DNA from: Crocinitomicaceae bacterium
Lineage (GTDB): Bacteria > Pseudomonadota > Gammaproteobacteria > Pseudomonadales > Oceanobacteraceae
Direction of reading: 5' to 3'
Assembly (NCBI GenBank): GCA_047628755.1
Contig: JBLHVV010000001.1
Location: 24,178 to 88,177 of the forward strand
Length of the DNA: 64,000 nt
The notes beneath the pieces were generated by a model that was not told where the DNA came from, did not search any database, and saw only the letters and a list, made by a program, of their open reading frames with translations. Within the stretch, counting starts at the first letter, position 1, and each line of letters begins with the position of its first letter. Below, piece by piece: positions 42,129-53,635 of the stretch. The position numbers were made by a program, and so were the translations under genes.

Positions 42129-42365
42129 TTAACCTTGCTCTTGAGCAGCAAGTTCTGCTGCTTCAAATGCGGCCATTGTCTCTGGCGTTACTTTGCCTTC
42201 AGCAATTTCGCGTAAAGCGATAACAGTTGGCTTATCTGAGCCAGCATCTACTAAAGGCTCGGCACCTTGAATAACAAGTTGACGAGCACGTTTGCTTGCT
42301 AGCATAACCAAATCAAAACGGTTATTTACGTTGTCTAAGCAATCTTCTACGGTTACACGAGCCAT
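42129..42365 (-). CDS. rpoZ: RNA polymerase omega subunit
   Basis: [33 protein letters not shown]; start 42365. Confidence 0.97.
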   Translation of the reverse strand: MARVTVEDCLDNVNNRFDLVMLASKRARQLVIQGAEPLVDAGSDKPTVIALREIAEGKVTPETMAAFEAAELAAQEQG

Positions 42366-42515
42366 CTGAATTCTCTTTTGTTGAGTGAGCAAATAGCTTT
42401 GCTCATAAAATTTTAGTCAGTAGACCAAGTAGTTTACAAAAAGTACTGACTTTTCGCCAATTGTTTCATTAAAACTGGCGAAAAATAGGTTAATAAATGT
42501 GTATGTTTGCGTTGT

Positions 42516-43151
<636 letters not shown>

Positions 43152-43250
43152 TTAAAAACGATTTATCTTGTCTAGTATATAAAGCTATAGCTGTTTCAGC
43201 CATGAACTTATGCGAATGAGTGAATTTATTTCAGCTTGCAGCCAATATTA

Positions 43251-44114
43251 TTACTCAATATTTTGTATCTGCTCGCGCATTTGTTCTATCAGTACTTTTA
43301 ACTCTACGGCGATTTGGGTGGTCATATGAGAAATGGACTTAGAAGACAAGGTATTCGCCTCGCGATTAAGCTCTTGCATCATAAAGTCTAAACGTCGGCC
43401 TACGGGTTCTGTCTGCTTTAAGGCATGAGTTATTTCAACCAAATGCGCGCTTAATCGGTCTAGCTCTTCATCCACATCGGCTTTTTGCAGCAAGATCACC
43501 ATTTCTTGTTCAAAGCGGTCAGGGTCTACCTTTATGCGCAACTCCCCTAGCTTAGCCTTCAAGTCAGTGCGCTGTGCTTTTAGTATTGCAGGTAGAAGCT
43601 TGGTCAATGCACTTATTTGCTTTTGAACAGCTATTATTCGCTGCTCAATAAAGATTTTAAGGGCAGAGCCTTCGCGTTTTCGCATTTCAATTAGCGGAGT
43701 CAGGGTATTTTTAAAGCCTTTTAGACCCTCTTCGCCAGCTTGCTGGTAATTGGTGCTGCCTTGGTTGATTACACCTGGCCACTTTAATATATCTAAAGAA
43801 CTTAATGCGTTGCCAGGCCCAATTATTCCATGGACTTGGTCGGCGGCATCATTAATTTGGGCCACTAGATCAGCGTTAATGACTAAATTTTGTTGCAATT
43901 TATTAGGAATGAATTTTAAGCTGCATTCTACTTTTCCACGGCTGAGGGTTTGGCGAATTTGATCACGCAGTTGGGGTTCTATAGAACGCATTGAATCGGG
44001 TAGGCGAAAATGTAATTCTAAGTAGCGAGAATTTACTGTGCGGATTTCCCACGAATAGCTGCCCAGTTCGGTTTGCAGGTCTGTTCGCGCAAATGCCGTC
44101 ATACTTAGGGTCAT
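43251..44114 (-). CDS. yicC: YicC/YloC-family endoribonuclease
   Basis: SMTAFAR, VNSRYLE, GRRLDFMMQELNREANTL, EQIQNIE; start 44114. Confidence 0.93.
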   Translation of the reverse strand: MTLSMTAFARTDLQTELGSYSWEIRTVNSRYLELHFRLPDSMRSIEPQLRDQIRQTLSRGKVECSLKFIPNKLQQNLVINADLVAQINDAADQVHGIIGPGNALSSLDILKWPGVINQGSTNYQQAGEEGLKGFKNTLTPLIEMRKREGSALKIFIEQRIIAVQKQISALTKLLPAILKAQRTDLKAKLGELRIKVDPDRFEQEMVILLQKADVDEELDRLSAHLVEITHALKQTEPVGRRLDFMMQELNREANTLSSKSISHMTTQIAVELKVLIEQMREQIQNIE

Positions 44115-44273
44115 GGGAGTATCCTTATTGGTTTTAGAGCATTTTAACTCTTTAATAATGCCGTTCGCCATAAATGTTTGCTTGGCGTTAGATTTCAGGC
44201 CGTTATAATACAGGCCATTATGAATACATTGATCAACTTTGCATTCTAACTAATTATTGGGTAGAAAATTACC

Positions 44274-44990
44274 ATGAGACCAAGTGGCCGCCAACAGAAT
44301 CAATTACGCGATGTGAAAATAACTCGCAACTTCACCAAGCATGCCGAAGGTTCAGTATTAGTAGAATTCGGTGATACTAAGGTTATTTGTACGGCCAGTG
44401 TTGAAGGTCGAGTGCCCAGCTTTTTACGCGGTAAAGGTCAAGGCTGGGTGACTGCTGAATACGGTATGTTGCCAAGATCTACTGGTTCTCGCATGACGCG
44501 TGAGGCAGCTAAAGGCAAACAAAGTGGCCGTACAGTAGAAATTAGTCGTTTAATTGGTCGATCGCTTCGTGCAGCGGTTGATCTAGAAGTATTGGGTGAA
44601 AATAGCATCACAATCGATTGCGATGTAATTCAAGCTGACGGTGGAACGCGTTGCGCTTCTATCACGGGTGCTTGTGTTGCCTTAGTAGACGCCATTAACC
44701 ACATGCTTAAAGAGGGGATAATTAAAACTAACCCGCTTAAATACATGATCAGTGCGGTATCTGTTGGTATTTACAATGGAGAGTCTGTTTTAGATTTAGA
44801 CTATCTAGAGGATAGTGCTGCTGAAACTGACTTAAATGTCATAATGGCCAACAATGGCGGCTTTGTTGAAATTCAAGGTACCGCGGAAGGTGAACCATTT
44901 CAACCAGAACAGCTAAACTCTATGTTAGAGTTAGCAAAACTGGGTTTAGCTGAAATATCTAATTTACAAAACGCGGCTCTGAACGTTTAA
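44274..44990 (+). CDS. rph: Ribonuclease PH
   Basis: [28 protein letters not shown]. Confidence 0.97.
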   Translation: MRPSGRQQNQLRDVKITRNFTKHAEGSVLVEFGDTKVICTASVEGRVPSFLRGKGQGWVTAEYGMLPRSTGSRMTREAAKGKQSGRTVEISRLIGRSLRAAVDLEVLGENSITIDCDVIQADGGTRCASITGACVALVDAINHMLKEGIIKTNPLKYMISAVSVGIYNGESVLDLDYLEDSAAETDLNVIMANNGGFVEIQGTAEGEPFQPEQLNSMLELAKLGLAEISNLQNAALNV

Positions 44991-45071
44991 AGGCTTAATG
45001 ATTAAACAATAATACTTTACTCAACCATATTGGGTAATTTAATGATTATAACAATATAAAGGAACACATAA

Positions 45072-45665
45072 ATGGGATCAGCGTTTACAGACATTAGTTT
45101 ACTGATTGTTAATACAATAACTGGGTTGTTTTTATTTGCAGTGGTATTAAGGTTTTTGCTGCAGACCGTAAAAGCTGATTTTTATAATCCGGTATCGCAG
45201 TTTATTGTTAAAATTACTAATCCGTTATTGTTACCTGTTCGTAAAGTCATACGTGGTTTTGGTGGCTACGATGTAGCGTCTCTGGTGCTGGCGGTTTTAG
45301 TGCAAATAGTGGCCATTTGCTTAACGCTCAGTGTGCTAAGCGTCTGGCCGTTGCCTATTGCGAACATTGCAATATGGTCAGTTCTCGGAACGGCGGGCAC
45401 CTTTTTAGATTTGTACTTCTGGGGTTTGTTAATCATTATTATTATTAGCTGGATAGCACCTAATAACCCTAACCCGGCCATCGATTTATTAAAGCAAATT
45501 ATCGAACCGGCAATGAAACCAATTAAAAATCTTATGCCAGATATGGGTGGTATCGACTTAAGCCCAATTATTATGATTTTGTTAATTAGAGTTGTGGAAA
45601 CATTATTAAATGCTGTTGCAAAATCCACTGGTTTTCAAGGGCAGTTCCCAATAATTGGTCTGTAG
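45072..45665 (+). CDS. yggT: YggT-family membrane protein
   Basis: ADFYNPVSQF..TNP, GGIDLSP. Confidence 0.9.
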   Translation: MGSAFTDISLLIVNTITGLFLFAVVLRFLLQTVKADFYNPVSQFIVKITNPLLLPVRKVIRGFGGYDVASLVLAVLVQIVAICLTLSVLSVWPLPIANIAIWSVLGTAGTFLDLYFWGLLIIIIISWIAPNNPNPAIDLLKQIIEPAMKPIKNLMPDMGGIDLSPIIMILLIRVVETLLNAVAKSTGFQGQFPIIGL

Positions 45666-45734
45666 CTTTATTGGCCATTAAAAATATAAAACATGCATCG
45701 TTAATCAATTTAAGAACCTAGATCGGACCCACAC

Positions 45735-46880
45735 ATGCCTCAAAAAATCCCAGCGGACAGCGTTGGTATCGTCACACCTCAAGTGGCTAAATTTGATCAG
45801 CCGCTTGAGTTACGTAGTGGTAAAATATTAGCCAGTTATGAATTGGTTTATGAAACCTATGGTGAGCTGAATGCTGATAAAAGCAATGCAATTTTAATTT
45901 GCCATGCTCTTAGTGGTGATCATCATGCAGCTGGGTACCATGAGGGCGATGCAAAACCTGGTTGGTGGGATTCTTGTATTGGCCCAGGTAAAGCGGTAGA
46001 TACCAATCGTTTTTTTGTCTTAAGTTTAAATAATCTTGGCGGCTGTCATGGTTCTACAGGCCCAACCAGTATTAACCCTGAAACTAATAAACCGTATGGC
46101 AGCCACTTTCCCATGGTGCGAGTATACGATTGGGTAGAAAGCCAGGCTCGATTAGCTGACCGCTTAGGGATTGATAAGTTTGCTGCAATTATTGGTGGCA
46201 GTCTTGGTGGTATGCAGGCTTTGCGCTGGAGTTTTCAATACCCAGACCGCTTGTCTTATTGTGGTGTGATTGCGTCAGCTTCTAAGCTTTCAGCACAAAA
46301 TATAGCGTTTAACGAAGTAGCACGTAACGCTATTATGAAAGATCCAGATTTTCATGATGGAGATTATATTGAAAAAGGCGCCATCCCTAAAACTGGATTA
46401 ATGACGGCTCGTATGTTGGCTCACTTAACCTACTTAAGTGACGACGCAATGGGTGAAAAATTTGGTCGTGCATTGAAAACTGACAAAATTGAATACGGAT
46501 ATAACCCAGAGTTTGAAGTTGAAAGTTACCTGCATTACCAAGGGGAAAAATTTGCCACCAGCTTTGATGCAAACACGTATTTGCTAATGACAAAGGCGTT
46601 AGATTATTTTGATCCAGCGCAATACAGCGATGGAGATTTAGCCACTTGCTTGGCACCCTCTAAAAGTAACTACTTTGTGGTTAGCTTTACTACGGACTGG
46701 CGTTTTAGCCCAGAGCGCAGTGAAGAAATTGTAGATGCCTTAATTGAAGCCGATAAAAATGTGACCTATGCCTGCATTGAATCTGAAAAAGGACACGATG
46801 CTTTCCTTATACCAATTCCTAGATACGTGAAAATATTCACCGCTTATATGAATCGTGTGGCTAAGGAGTTAAATCTATGA
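45735..46880 (+). CDS. metX: Homoserine O-acyltransferase (MetX family)
   Basis: [23 protein letters not shown]. Confidence 0.95.
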   Translation: MPQKIPADSVGIVTPQVAKFDQPLELRSGKILASYELVYETYGELNADKSNAILICHALSGDHHAAGYHEGDAKPGWWDSCIGPGKAVDTNRFFVLSLNNLGGCHGSTGPTSINPETNKPYGSHFPMVRVYDWVESQARLADRLGIDKFAAIIGGSLGGMQALRWSFQYPDRLSYCGVIASASKLSAQNIAFNEVARNAIMKDPDFHDGDYIEKGAIPKTGLMTARMLAHLTYLSDDAMGEKFGRALKTDKIEYGYNPEFEVESYLHYQGEKFATSFDANTYLLMTKALDYFDPAQYSDGDLATCLAPSKSNYFVVSFTTDWRFSPERSEEIVDALIEADKNVTYACIESEKGHDAFLIPIPRYVKIFTAYMNRVAKELNL

Positions 46881-47482
46881 ACGCTCAATTCTTAAGAAGC
46901 GATTTAAAAATTATCCAAAATTGGGTGAAACCAAGTAGCAGAGTGATTGATTTAGGTTGTGGTGAAGGCGAGCTGCTATCGTATTTAAAAAATGCCAAGC
47001 AATGCAAAGGCTATGGCTTAGAAATAAACTCTGACAGTATTCTTAGTTGTGTAGAAAAAGGTTTAAACGTTATTGAGCATAATTTAAATGATGGTTTAAA
47101 ACACTTTAAAAATGGTGCCATGGATACCGTTATCATGACCCAGGCTTTACAAGCAGTAAGTCGACCAGATGAATTGTTAGATGATATGTTGCGGGTAGGT
47201 AAAGAAGCGATTATTACTTTTCCTAACTTTGGTTACTGGCGCACACGGTTTTACCTAATGACAAAAGGTAAAATGCCCATGTCTAAAACACTGCCATTTA
47301 ATTGGTATGACACTCCAAATATTCATATGTGTACTTTTCGTGATTTTGAAAAGCTATGCTGTGAAAAGAATTTAACTATTTTAAACAGAACGGTTGTAGA
47401 TAAAAATCATAAAAAATCGCTAGCCATACGTATATGGCCAAATATGTTGGGTGAATTTGCTATCTATCGAGTGACTAAATAG
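46877..47482 (+). CDS. metW: Methionine biosynthesis protein MetW
   Basis: [22 protein letters not shown]; overlaps metX stop. Confidence 0.95.
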   Translation: MNAQFLRSDLKIIQNWVKPSSRVIDLGCGEGELLSYLKNAKQCKGYGLEINSDSILSCVEKGLNVIEHNLNDGLKHFKNGAMDTVIMTQALQAVSRPDELLDDMLRVGKEAIITFPNFGYWRTRFYLMTKGKMPMSKTLPFNWYDTPNIHMCTFRDFEKLCCEKNLTILNRTVVDKNHKKSLAIRIWPNMLGEFAIYRVTK

Positions 47483-47526
47483 TCACTTCATTTTATTTAA
47501 ATAGACGACTAAACAAGAGAATTATT

Positions 47527-47964
47527 ATGAAAAAAATAGGATTATTTTTAATTGTATTGATGTTCGGCAGCGTATCTTTTGCGGAACAAAAAAAAGTATT
47601 TGGTAATTTTGAAGTACATTATATGGGATTAACAACAAGCGATTTAGATCCGGCTGTGGCTCGTAATTATGGTATTACCCGAAGCCGAAATATAGGCTAT
47701 CTGATGATCAGCGTATTGAAAACAGATGAAAGTGAGATGCCAATTGCCTGGAACGCAAAGCTTGAAGCTGAAATGTTTAATCTTATTGGCCAAACTAAGA
47801 AATTAGAATTCATCCGTATTCAAGAAAGTAATGCATTATATTTTTACAGTACCTTTGATTTTTATGATGCTAATCATTATCGCTTTAACATTAAAGTTAC
47901 CCCTGATGGTCAGAAAAAAACATACGACGTTAAGTTTAGCCAGCAATTTTATCGCGGCGAATAA
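47527..47964 (+). CDS. DUF4426-family exported protein
   Basis: Signal peptide; VHY...L.PAVARNYGITRS...NLIGQ; position between metW and rdgB. Confidence 0.8.
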   Translation: MKKIGLFLIVLMFGSVSFAEQKKVFGNFEVHYMGLTTSDLDPAVARNYGITRSRNIGYLMISVLKTDESEMPIAWNAKLEAEMFNLIGQTKKLEFIRIQESNALYFYSTFDFYDANHYRFNIKVTPDGQKKTYDVKFSQQFYRGE

Positions 47965-48039
47965 TCGGTCGGTCTCATGTTTTAATCTAACTCGGGTTTA
48001 AAGGTCTAAGTTGATAGCAGTTTAATATTTTGGAATATT

Positions 48040-48648
48040 ATGTCTAAGCAAAAAGTAGTTTTAGCCAGTAGCAATAAAGGTAAATTAGTTGAGCTAGAAT
48101 ATGCTCTGGCTGAATTTAATGTGACGCTAATTCCCCAGAGTCAATTTTCAGTTCCAGATGCTGATGAAACTGGATTAAGCTTTATTGAAAATGCTATTCT
48201 TAAGGCTCGCCATGCTAGTGCATTAACAGGTTTGCCAGCATTGGCTGATGACAGCGGATTAGAAGTGGACGCGTTAAATGGTGCGCCAGGTATTTATAGT
48301 GCACGTTTTTCTTCTGACGAAAATGGAAAAGGTGCCACTGACGAAAGCAATAATAGAAAGTTATTAATAGAATTAGCAGGTGTTTTACCAAAAGATCGTA
48401 CTGCACGTTATCACTGTGTACTTGCATTTGTTAAACATGAGTTAGACCCAAATCCAATTATTTGCCAAGGAGCATGGGAAGGTGTAATTAATACAGAATT
48501 CTGTGGCGACGGTGGATTTGGTTACGACCCATTATTTTTTGTCAAAAATCAAAACAAAACCGCTGCACAGCTGACGAATCAAGAAAAGAAAAAAATAAGT
48601 CATCGCGGTTTAGCCATCGAACAACTTAAAGTTTTATTTAAGCTGTAA
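48040..48648 (+). CDS. rdgB: dITP/XTP pyrophosphatase
   Basis: ASSNKGK, ENAILKA, DDSGL, GFGYDP, SHRG. Confidence 0.96.
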   Translation: MSKQKVVLASSNKGKLVELEYALAEFNVTLIPQSQFSVPDADETGLSFIENAILKARHASALTGLPALADDSGLEVDALNGAPGIYSARFSSDENGKGATDESNNRKLLIELAGVLPKDRTARYHCVLAFVKHELDPNPIICQGAWEGVINTEFCGDGGFGYDPLFFVKNQNKTAAQLTNQEKKKISHRGLAIEQLKVLFKL

Positions 48649-48672
48649 TTTATTTAGGCAAATTATTTATTT

Positions 48673-49884
48673 ATGTCACAACCTTTGGCAAACACAGTGC
48701 CACACTCACTAATACTTCCGCCGCTTTCATTGTATATTCATGTGCCATGGTGTGTGAAAAAATGCCCCTACTGTGATTTTAATAGTCACAAAGCTGATTC
48801 AATTTTACCAGAACAGGATTATATAATTGCGTTATTAGATGACCTTGATGATGATTTGAAGTGGCTAACAGAAAACAATATAAAACCTAGACCAATTCAA
48901 TCTATCTTTATCGGTGGAGGAACACCTTCATTGTTAAGTGTTAAGGCTTATAAAGATTTATTTTACGGCTTAAAACAGCGCCTAGAATTTATTCCTGATA
49001 TTGAAATAACAATGGAAGCAAACCCAGGTAGTTTTGAAGCTGATAAGTTTAATGGATATCGTCAGTTAGGTATTAACAGATTGTCTATCGGCATTCAGAG
49101 TTTCAGTGATCAACAGTTAAAACATTTAGGGCGAATTCACAACGGGCAAGAAGCCGTGTCGGCGGTTGAGATGGCAAAAGCCGCAGGGTTTGATAATTTC
49201 AACTTAGACTTTATGCATGGTCTACCAGATCAAACCTTAGCCCAAGCCTTGGCAGATTTACAAAAGGGTATAGACTTAAATCCCACTCATATAAGTTGGT
49301 ATCAATTAACGATTGAGCCTAATACAGAGTTCTTTAAACGGCCGCCTGTTTTACCTCAAGATGAAACCTTATGGGCCATTCAAGAAGCCGGACAATCGCT
49401 GTTAGCTAAAAATGGTTTTCAGCAATACGAAATATCCGCTTATGGAAAAATTAGTAAGCAAGCACGTCATAATTTGAATTATTGGGAATTTGGTGACTAT
49501 CTGGGAATTGGTGCAGGTGCCCATGGAAAATTAACGGTTCCAGCTAAAAAATTAACCGATACTAAAATCTTTCGCACCGCTAAAACTCGTTTACCTAAAG
49601 ATTATTTAAATTTAGCAAAACGTTTTTTGGTGGCTCGAGACAATATAGAATTAGAAGATCGTGAATTAGAGTTTTTAATGAACGGATTGCGTTTATATGA
49701 TGGAGTTGATGTGAGTTTGTTTAGCGAACGTACTGGGCTTGATTATCAGGCAATAGAACAAGGGGTAAAAAAATCTATAGCAGATGGCTTGATAGATTTA
49801 GTAGCGTTAGAGCAGCATAATAAACTAAAAGCCACCGAACAGGGTCAGCTTTTTTTAAATGAACTGCTAGAGCGGTTTTTGTAG
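48673..49884 (+). CDS. hemW: Radical SAM heme chaperone
   Basis: LYIHVPWCVKKCPYCDFNSH, GGGTPS, HNLNYW. Confidence 0.93.
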   Translation: MSQPLANTVPHSLILPPLSLYIHVPWCVKKCPYCDFNSHKADSILPEQDYIIALLDDLDDDLKWLTENNIKPRPIQSIFIGGGTPSLLSVKAYKDLFYGLKQRLEFIPDIEITMEANPGSFEADKFNGYRQLGINRLSIGIQSFSDQQLKHLGRIHNGQEAVSAVEMAKAAGFDNFNLDFMHGLPDQTLAQALADLQKGIDLNPTHISWYQLTIEPNTEFFKRPPVLPQDETLWAIQEAGQSLLAKNGFQQYEISAYGKISKQARHNLNYWEFGDYLGIGAGAHGKLTVPAKKLTDTKIFRTAKTRLPKDYLNLAKRFLVARDNIELEDRELEFLMNGLRLYDGVDVSLFSERTGLDYQAIEQGVKKSIADGLIDLVALEQHNKLKATEQGQLFLNELLERFL

Positions 49885-49900
49885 GAGTTCACCTTTTAAA

Positions 49901-50674
49901 TTATAAGCGCACTTCTATTCCTTGAGATTGCATATGTAATTTGGCTTCTTGCACTGAATGTTCACCAAAATGAAAAATACTGGCTGCTAATACGGCATCG
50001 GCTTTGCCTTCGATAATACCATCAGCTAAGTGCTGTAAATTACCGACTCCTCCAGAAGCAATAACAGGAACATTAACCGCTTCGCTAACTGCGCGGGTTA
50101 ACTCTAAGTCGAAACCTTTTTTAACGCCATCTTGATCCATTGACGTTAACAGTACTTCGCCTGCGCCATAGTTGGTCATTTTAACAGCCCATTCAATTAC
50201 GTCGATGCCAGTAGGTTTACGGCCACCATGGGTAAAAATTTCCCATTTATTAGGCTCCCCTTCAACGCTTACTTTTTTAGCGTCAATGGCGATTACAATA
50301 CATTGGCTACCAAATTTTTCAGCGGCTTCTTTTACAAATTCTGGATTATAAATAGCGGCACTATTAATGGCCGTTTTATCGGCTCCGGCATTTAGCATAT
50401 TACGAATGTCGTCTACCGTACGAATACCACCGCCAACGGTTAGTGGAATAAATACCTGTTCAGCAATGGCTTGCACAGTATTAATAGTAGTGTCGCGGCC
50501 GTGATGACTTGCCGTAATATCTAAGAAGGTTATCTCGTCGGCACCTTGCTCGTCGTAGCGCTTAGCTACTTCAACTGGGTCCCCAGCATCACGTATGTCA
50601 ACGAACTGTACGCCTTTAACAACTCGGCCATTGTCTACGTCTAGACAAGGTATAATTCTTTTAGCTAATCCCAT
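49901..50674 (-). CDS. hisF: Imidazole glycerol phosphate synthase, cyclase subunit
   Basis: [27 protein letters not shown]. Confidence 0.97.
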   Translation of the reverse strand: MGLAKRIIPCLDVDNGRVVKGVQFVDIRDAGDPVEVAKRYDEQGADEITFLDITASHHGRDTTINTVQAIAEQVFIPLTVGGGIRTVDDIRNMLNAGADKTAINSAAIYNPEFVKEAAEKFGSQCIVIAIDAKKVSVEGEPNKWEIFTHGGRKPTGIDVIEWAVKMTNYGAGEVLLTSMDQDGVKKGFDLELTRAVSEAVNVPVIASGGVGNLQHLADGIIEGKADAVLAASIFHFGEHSVQEAKLHMQSQGIEVRL

Positions 50675-50726
50675 GCTTTTGCTCGTATCTCGCTGATTAA
50701 ACGTGCTTTATCTTAGTTATATTCAA

Positions 50727-51389
50727 CTAACCCTGCCCATTCCATTCTAAAAAGTTCTTCAGCAGCTGCAGCCCAGCTGTGTGGCTTTTCTCAGGATGAA
50801 ACTGCACAGCAAAAATATTGTCTTGCCCAAGAGCAGCGGCAAAGTCTTTACCATAATGGCCATGGCCTTTTATCTGTTGTTTATTTTTTGCGTCTACATA
50901 GTAGCTGTGTACAAAGTAAAATCGGCTATTGTCTTCAATGTTATTCCACATTGGGTGGGTAACTTGCGCCACTTGGTTCCAGCCCATGTGTGGAACTTTT
51001 AGTTTCTCGCCCACTTGTGTACCGCTGGTTTCAATTAAGCGATCACCAAAAAAGCGGACTTCACCATCAAAATGCCTAAGGCATTCAACTCCAGTATTTT
51101 CTTCACTGTGATTCATCAGTGCTTGCATACCCACACAAATGCCTAATAAAGGTTTTGTTTTGGCCACTTCGGCAACCACTTGGTCAACGCCCATCCGTTT
51201 AATTTCGGCCATGCAATCGCGCATAGCGCCAACACCAGGTAATACAACGTGATCGGCTTTTCGGATAAGTTCTGGATCTGAGGTGACAATGACTTTGGTA
51301 TTGTGATGGCTTATGTGTTCAAACGCCTTTGATGCGCTGTGAAGGTTGCCCATGCCGTAGTCAATTACCGCACATATTTTACTGGTCAT
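50727..51389 (-). CDS. hisH: Imidazole glycerol phosphate synthase, glutaminase subunit
   Basis: DYGMGNL, PGVG, GICVGMQ, QFHPEKS. Confidence 0.97.
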   Translation of the reverse strand: MTSKICAVIDYGMGNLHSASKAFEHISHHNTKVIVTSDPELIRKADHVVLPGVGAMRDCMAEIKRMGVDQVVAEVAKTKPLLGICVGMQALMNHSEENTGVECLRHFDGEVRFFGDRLIETSGTQVGEKLKVPHMGWNQVAQVTHPMWNNIEDNSRFYFVHSYYVDAKNKQQIKGHGHYGKDFAAALGQDNIFAVQFHPEKSHTAGLQLLKNFLEWNGQG

Positions 51390-51482
51390 TACATACTTCT
51401 CGTTTACTGGAGCTCGCCAGTGCGGCGCAGCCCAGAATAGCTTTTTCTATCTACTACATAAGGGCGCAGGTAACTTAGTGTG

Positions 51483-52076
51483 TTACAAAGAACCTTTGGT
51501 AGAAGGAATCATCCCTTCCATTCTAGGGTCAACTTCTAATGCCATACGCAGGGCTCGCCCAAAAGCTTTAAACACTGTTTCAGCCTGATGATGGGCGTTA
51601 TGACCTTTTATATTGTCTATATGAAGGGTCACACCGGCATGGTTTACAAACCCTTGAAAGAATTCGTAAAACAACTGAGTGTCAAATCCACCTAAAGAAC
51701 CACGGGTAAATGGGATGTTGTACTCCAGCCCTGGTCGTCCAGAAAAATCGATAACGACGCGGCTAAGTGCTTCATCTAAAGGTACATAGGCGTGACCATA
51801 GCGGCGTAGGCCTTTTTTATCACCAACGGCTTTTGCAAAGGCCTGGCCCAATGTAATACCTGTATCTTCGGCACTGTGGTGATCATCAATGTGGTTATCG
51901 CCTTTGCATAGAACATCTAGGTCTATCAATCCATGGCGAGCTATTTGATCCATCATATGCTCTAAAAAAGGCATACCCGTATCAAATTGTGCTTTACCTG
52001 TACCGTCTACATTTATAGAAACTTTAATTTGAGTTTCTGATGTGTTGCGTTCAATCGACGCCGTGCGCTGAGCCAT
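51483..52076 (-). CDS. hisB: Imidazoleglycerol-phosphate dehydratase (monofunctional)
   Basis: [21 protein letters not shown]. Confidence 0.97.
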   Translation of the reverse strand: MAQRTASIERNTSETQIKVSINVDGTGKAQFDTGMPFLEHMMDQIARHGLIDLDVLCKGDNHIDDHHSAEDTGITLGQAFAKAVGDKKGLRRYGHAYVPLDEALSRVVIDFSGRPGLEYNIPFTRGSLGGFDTQLFYEFFQGFVNHAGVTLHIDNIKGHNAHHQAETVFKAFGRALRMALEVDPRMEGMIPSTKGSL

Positions 52077-52130
52077 GCGGTTATCCTATTCTGGGTATGG
52101 CGTTCAATGGACGCCATACGCTGAGCCATG
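52047..52130. repeat. 31-bp imperfect direct repeat duplicating the hisB 5' end in its leader
   Basis: 52047-52077 gcgttcaatcgacgccgtgcgctgagccatg vs 52100-52130 gcgttcaatggacgccatacgctgagccatg (28/31 identical). Confidence 0.9.
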
Positions 52131-52377
52131 GGTTTCTAATGGTTGATCAATAAACACATTATACCTAAAAGTGGTGTAAGTGGTTAGTTTGTAGAATATT
52201 TGATGTGTGTGTTAAATTCGTCGGCGGTTTCATTCATAGAAGCCCTTACTAATTTGATAAAACCCAGTTAAATTCAACCATAATGCTTTTTTATGGAACT
52301 ATAAGTTCAATTTAAGATACTTTAATCATGTTAATGGGAAGGTTAAACTAGTGAAAAACTTTAAGAGTGAAAAATTA

Positions 52378-52971
52378 ATGAAAATATTAAGTACCTTGGC
52401 TTTGATGTTCGCGTTTGTTATGCCTGCGCAAAGTGAAGATATAGACCCACAAGCTGTGGTTAAAGCGGTTGCCGATAAAGTATTGAGTGAAATTGTTAAA
52501 AATAAGCAAAAACTGGATGAAGGCCCTGAGTTTTTATCCAGTTTGATTGAAGCCAATATTCTACCTATAGTCGATCAAAGTAGAATGTCTAAGATGGTAT
52601 TAAACAGCCACTGGGGCAGCATGACACCAGATCAGCAGCTTAACTTCACTGAAGGCTTTAAACGCTTGATGATCAAAACTTACGCTGGCGCATTTAAAGT
52701 CTATACCGGACAAAAGGTTTCGTATTCAGATACAAGATTTAACAAATCGGGAAGTAAGGCGATTGTGAAGTCCACTATCCACATGGCAGGAGGGTCTTTA
52801 GTTGACCTAGAATACCGTTTGTACCAGGTAGAACCCAATCAATGGCAGATATACGACGCTAATCTAGCGGGTCTTGGGGTATTAAAAACGTATCGAGTGC
52901 AATTCGCAGAGCAGATTCAAAAAGACGGTATTCAAAAGACCATCGATCGATTGTTAGCTGTGCAGCTGTAA
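52378..52971 (+). CDS. MlaC/Ttg2D-family periplasmic lipid-binding protein
   Basis: Signal peptide; RMSKMVL..HW, F...MIKTY, YRL...WQIYD..LAG...TYR.QF; start 52378. Confidence 0.8.
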   Translation: MKILSTLALMFAFVMPAQSEDIDPQAVVKAVADKVLSEIVKNKQKLDEGPEFLSSLIEANILPIVDQSRMSKMVLNSHWGSMTPDQQLNFTEGFKRLMIKTYAGAFKVYTGQKVSYSDTRFNKSGSKAIVKSTIHMAGGSLVDLEYRLYQVEPNQWQIYDANLAGLGVLKTYRVQFAEQIQKDGIQKTIDRLLAVQL

Positions 52972-53090
52972 AACTGGCGAGAATCGACTTAGCCCAGTGC
53001 TGGCGGGGTTTGCGTAAATGATTAATAAAGCCTAATCTGTAGTTAATGGCGCTTTTAAGCGCCGTTTTTGACTTAGTTTGGATACTTCAT

Positions 53091-53633
53091 ATGGCCAAGG
53101 GTTGGCATCGCAAGTGGATTATTTCACTTATATTTGTTTTAATTGCATGTTTGCAAGCTCTAACCGCGCGTGCCGAATTAAAAACTCACCAGATTAAAGC
53201 CGCTTACCTTTATCAGATTAGTAAATTCGTATTCTGGCCTGAAGAACGTAAAAAAGCCGATGCCTTTAGCGTATGCCAGCTTGGTCCTGACTTATACCAA
53301 GGTACTTTGGAAAAAATGCAAGGTCGTACAGTTTTTAATAAGCCGATCCAGGTTTTAAATATTCAATCATTAGATCAAGCGGCGCAATGCCATTTACTCA
53401 TTCTTTCTTCTCCAAATAAAATAGAAACTAAAAAATTGCGTTTATGGCTCGCGGATCATCATGTTTTAACAGTCGTAGACGGTGCTAAAAACGGCGACCT
53501 TGGCATGGTTGCTTTTGTGCTTGAAAATCAACGTGTGCGATTGCATATTAATTTAAACCTGGCTAAACATTCAGGCTTAGCATTCGCAGCCAACTTATTA
53601 GAAGTGGCTAGTCACATAGAGCGAAGTAACTAA
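53091..53633 (+). CDS. YfiR-family (DUF4154) periplasmic protein
   Basis: IKAAYLYQISKFVFWP, two Cys, LHINL..A..SGL....LLEVA; signal peptide; start probably 53091. Confidence 0.85.
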   Translation: MAKGWHRKWIISLIFVLIACLQALTARAELKTHQIKAAYLYQISKFVFWPEERKKADAFSVCQLGPDLYQGTLEKMQGRTVFNKPIQVLNIQSLDQAAQCHLLILSSPNKIETKKLRLWLADHHVLTVVDGAKNGDLGMVAFVLENQRVRLHINLNLAKHSGLAFAANLLEVASHIERSN

Positions 53634-53635
53634 TC

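Noticed and set aside
52013-52129. Classical his attenuator leader peptide
   Set aside because: Only two scattered His codons and no terminator U-tract; reported instead as an atypical leader
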